This document shows positions 45,298 to 47,439 of a stretch of 47,439 nt of DNA, one piece after another. The number at the start of each line of letters is the position of its first letter. Position 1 is the first letter of the stretch. Location: the UHGV virus genome UHGV-0203852. The stretch is one strand, 5' to 3'. The DNA comes from a virus. The position numbers and the translations under genes were made by a program. The notes below the pieces were generated by a model. The model was not told where the DNA came from and ran no database searches. It worked only from the letters and a program-made list of their open reading frames with translations.

Positions 45298-46553
45298 AAC
45301 ATATCTATTACAAGAACGATTTCGCAGTGGAGATAATACTGCTTAATGCAAGCGGAGAGGTGGTTGCGCCCCCAGACTGGCAATGGCATATCGAGTTCAC
45401 CGACGGCAGACGGAAATACATCTGCTCGGTGGAAAAAGGCAACGCCAAAGTGGTTGGCAACACGATTATGTGCTACCTCGACAATCACAAGTTCTGCTGT
45501 GGGGAGGTGGGCTACAAGTTCGTGCAAGCCATTCCCGACCTTAACTATTTGGACGGCTTTCAAAACCTTATCACCCCCAAGGCTCTCCCGATTGAACTAT
45601 GGGAGCAAGAGAGCGACAACGACATAAACATTCAAAGTTCCGTTGTTCCTGCGTATGTGGTGTATGATGCGTATCAGACAGCCAAGGCAAACGGCTACAC
45701 TGGTACGGCAGAGGATTTTTACGATGCACTTAACCATATTGTTGACATCAACAAAAAGGAAGCCGAGAGAGTGGAAGCGGAAGCCAACCGTATGACTGCC
45801 GAGCAACAGCGTGTGGAGAATTTCGATGCGATGGAGAGTGCGCTCACGACAGCCACAACCAAAGCGAACACTGCCACAACCAAAGCCGAGGAAGCGAGCA
45901 AAAGGGCTGACAATTCGGCAACAGCGGCATCGCAAGCGAGGGTTCAAGCCACCCTTGCCGCCAACGGAGCGAACGCAGCGGCGGCACAGGCTACGCAAGC
46001 GATGGAAAAGACCAACGAGGCTACCGAACTCGCCAACACGGCTACGGCTAACGCAAACAATTCCGCCGTGAACGCCACCAACGCCACAACGGAAGCAAAG
46101 GAAGCCACAAAGAGTGCCAACGATGCGACCGAAAAGGCAAAGGCCGCCACAAGCACCGCTGAACAATCAGCCGAGCGTGCGAACACCGCAGCCGACAATG
46201 CCGATGTGGCTACTTCCAACGCAACGCAAGCCACCACGCAAGCAGCGGCTGCCACCAAGCGTGCAAACGATATATCAGCCGACTTGGAAGCGAAGCGTGA
46301 AGCCGACTACTGGCGTGGTGCGAAAGGAGACAAAGGCGACGATGGCGTTTCCCCAACGGTTAGCACCTCCAAGACTGGCAAGGTGACTACGATTGAGATT
46401 ACCGATGCCGATGGTGTACACACAGCAACGGTGAACGACGGCGAGAGCGTGGAGGTGGTCCAATCCACTGGCACCAGCACTACGGCGGTGATGAGCCAAA
46501 AGGCGGTCAGTGATTTAATCGGGAATGTCGAACAACTTTTAAAGGCTATCTGA
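45294..46553 (+). CDS. Tail fibre / upper baseplate-like protein
   Basis: AYQTAKANGYTGTAEDF motif, long Ala/Thr/Asn heptad stalk, short collagen-like GAKGDKGDDG, VVQSTGTSTTAVMSQKAV. Confidence 0.7.
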   Translation: MKHIYYKNDFAVEIILLNASGEVVAPPDWQWHIEFTDGRRKYICSVEKGNAKVVGNTIMCYLDNHKFCCGEVGYKFVQAIPDLNYLDGFQNLITPKALPIELWEQESDNDINIQSSVVPAYVVYDAYQTAKANGYTGTAEDFYDALNHIVDINKKEAERVEAEANRMTAEQQRVENFDAMESALTTATTKANTATTKAEEASKRADNSATAASQARVQATLAANGANAAAAQATQAMEKTNEATELANTATANANNSAVNATNATTEAKEATKSANDATEKAKAATSTAEQSAERANTAADNADVATSNATQATTQAAAATKRANDISADLEAKREADYWRGAKGDKGDDGVSPTVSTSKTGKVTTIEITDADGVHTATVNDGESVEVVQSTGTSTTAVMSQKAVSDLIGNVEQLLKAI

Positions 46554-46554
46554 T

Positions 46555-47421
46555 ATGAGTATAAGCAAAGAGATAGAGCGTATTAAACAGGCGAAGAGAG
46601 ACATCGGCGATGCCATAGTGCGCAAAGGAGGAAGCGTGAGCGGAACTATTGACACATACGCCAAGTCGGTTATGGCGTTGGGTGACTATACTTTTCAACA
46701 AGTATGCGATGTTGTTAACAAAAGCGATGCTAAGAATATTGACCTCACGATGATAGACGTGAGTAATGTTACGAGTTTTTATAGTGCTTTCGCCAACAAT
46801 AAAACTATAGAAAATGTAAATGTTAGCAATTGGAATACATCGAAAGTGACAAATATGAGTTCAGTATTCTATATATGTAATAATTTAAAGTCAGTGTCGT
46901 GTGAAAATTGGCGGTTGGACGATTGCACCAGTCTGTATGCTATGTTTGATAGTTGCTCCGCGTTGAAAAATTTTGACCCTTCGAGATGGAATACGTCAAA
47001 AGTAACAAACATGGAATGGGTATTCGTACGTTGTGCATCACTGACCTCGCTGGATTTATCAAATTGGGATACCTCACAAGTTACTGCAATGATTAATTTT
47101 TTAAATAGTTGCACTTCGCTGACCTCGCTGGATATAAGCGGATGGGATATGTCCAAAGTGCATGGCATGAGAAATATGCTATTTAATTGCCCTTCGCTGG
47201 AAACTTTAAAATGCGACAACTTAATACTCCCTAACATTGAACTCGGAAATATCGGGTTGGAGTATTCCACTAAACTCACAATTGACAGCATCGTTGGATT
47301 GCTGAACGCACTTCCACACAGTGACAAAGGTTATTCATTTCAAATCGGGAGCGTTAACATTGCAAAGTTAAGTGATGAGCAAAAAGCGATAGCGACAGAC
47401 AAGGGTTGGACTTTAATATAA
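46555..47421 (+). CDS. BspA-like (DUF285) leucine-rich repeat protein, candidate receptor-binding protein
   Basis: About five repeats of the type LDLSNWDTSQVTAM..F..C.SL; C-terminal LSDEQKAIATDKGWTL. Confidence 0.8.
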   Translation: MSISKEIERIKQAKRDIGDAIVRKGGSVSGTIDTYAKSVMALGDYTFQQVCDVVNKSDAKNIDLTMIDVSNVTSFYSAFANNKTIENVNVSNWNTSKVTNMSSVFYICNNLKSVSCENWRLDDCTSLYAMFDSCSALKNFDPSRWNTSKVTNMEWVFVRCASLTSLDLSNWDTSQVTAMINFLNSCTSLTSLDISGWDMSKVHGMRNMLFNCPSLETLKCDNLILPNIELGNIGLEYSTKLTIDSIVGLLNALPHSDKGYSFQIGSVNIAKLSDEQKAIATDKGWTLI

Positions 47422-47439
47422 TTTTAATATAATAGTGTT

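Larger units (their letters stand above)
1..47439. mobile_element. Temperate Bacteroidota siphovirus, apparently complete excised/circular genome
   Basis: Lysis, lysogeny, recombination, packaging, head and long non-contractile tail modules all present; intact attP is internal; no host housekeeping genes; last ORF ends 18 nt before the window end and the first ORF starts at base 1. Confidence 0.93.

Noticed and set aside
45840..46270. Repetitive gcc/acc/aac-rich DNA as a possible DGR template
   Set aside because: It encodes the Ala/Thr/Asn coiled-coil stalk of the fibre and does not align with the variable-region-like segment
1..47439. Complete diversity-generating retroelement
   Set aside because: No reverse transcriptase ORF and no template repeat found by eye; only a variable-region-like segment
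1..47439. Genome-wide stop-codon reassignment
   Set aside because: Core genes are intact in the standard code, and both TGA and TAG terminate coupled genes; only one in-frame TGA case was found

Overview
The window looks like a complete, circularly permuted genome of a temperate siphovirus infecting Bacteroidota. Evidence: Bacteroides-type TAnnTTTG promoters, A-rich translation starts, an intact attP made from the 3' half of a tRNA-Pro(TGG), and a window end that runs cleanly into the ATG at position 1. Gene order: lysis (holin, amidase, probable u-spanin); hicAB; a six-gene cassette of unknown function; a putative anti-CRISPR operon; integrase/attP; repressor switch; Bet/Exo recombination, replication initiator and many small early genes; ParB-DNA methyltransferase; terminase, portal, MuF, head genes; tail genes; BspA-like repeat protein. 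Best leads: (1) a standalone 107-aa gene resembling Cas11c (the C-terminal domain of Cas8c/Csd1), between an acidic orphan gene and an Aca-like HTH gene, a candidate Cas-mimic anti-CRISPR locus; (2) a second inverted cassette inside the head module with a 19/20-identical promoter box; (3) an ORF-less promoter-terminator unit whose RNA is complementary to the leaders of both cassettes; (4) a MuF head protein fused to a RelA/SpoT-like toxin domain, with a convergent immunity candidate; (5) a DGR-like variable region with no reverse transcriptase in the genome. All family assignments come from motif recognition by eye; no database searches were run.
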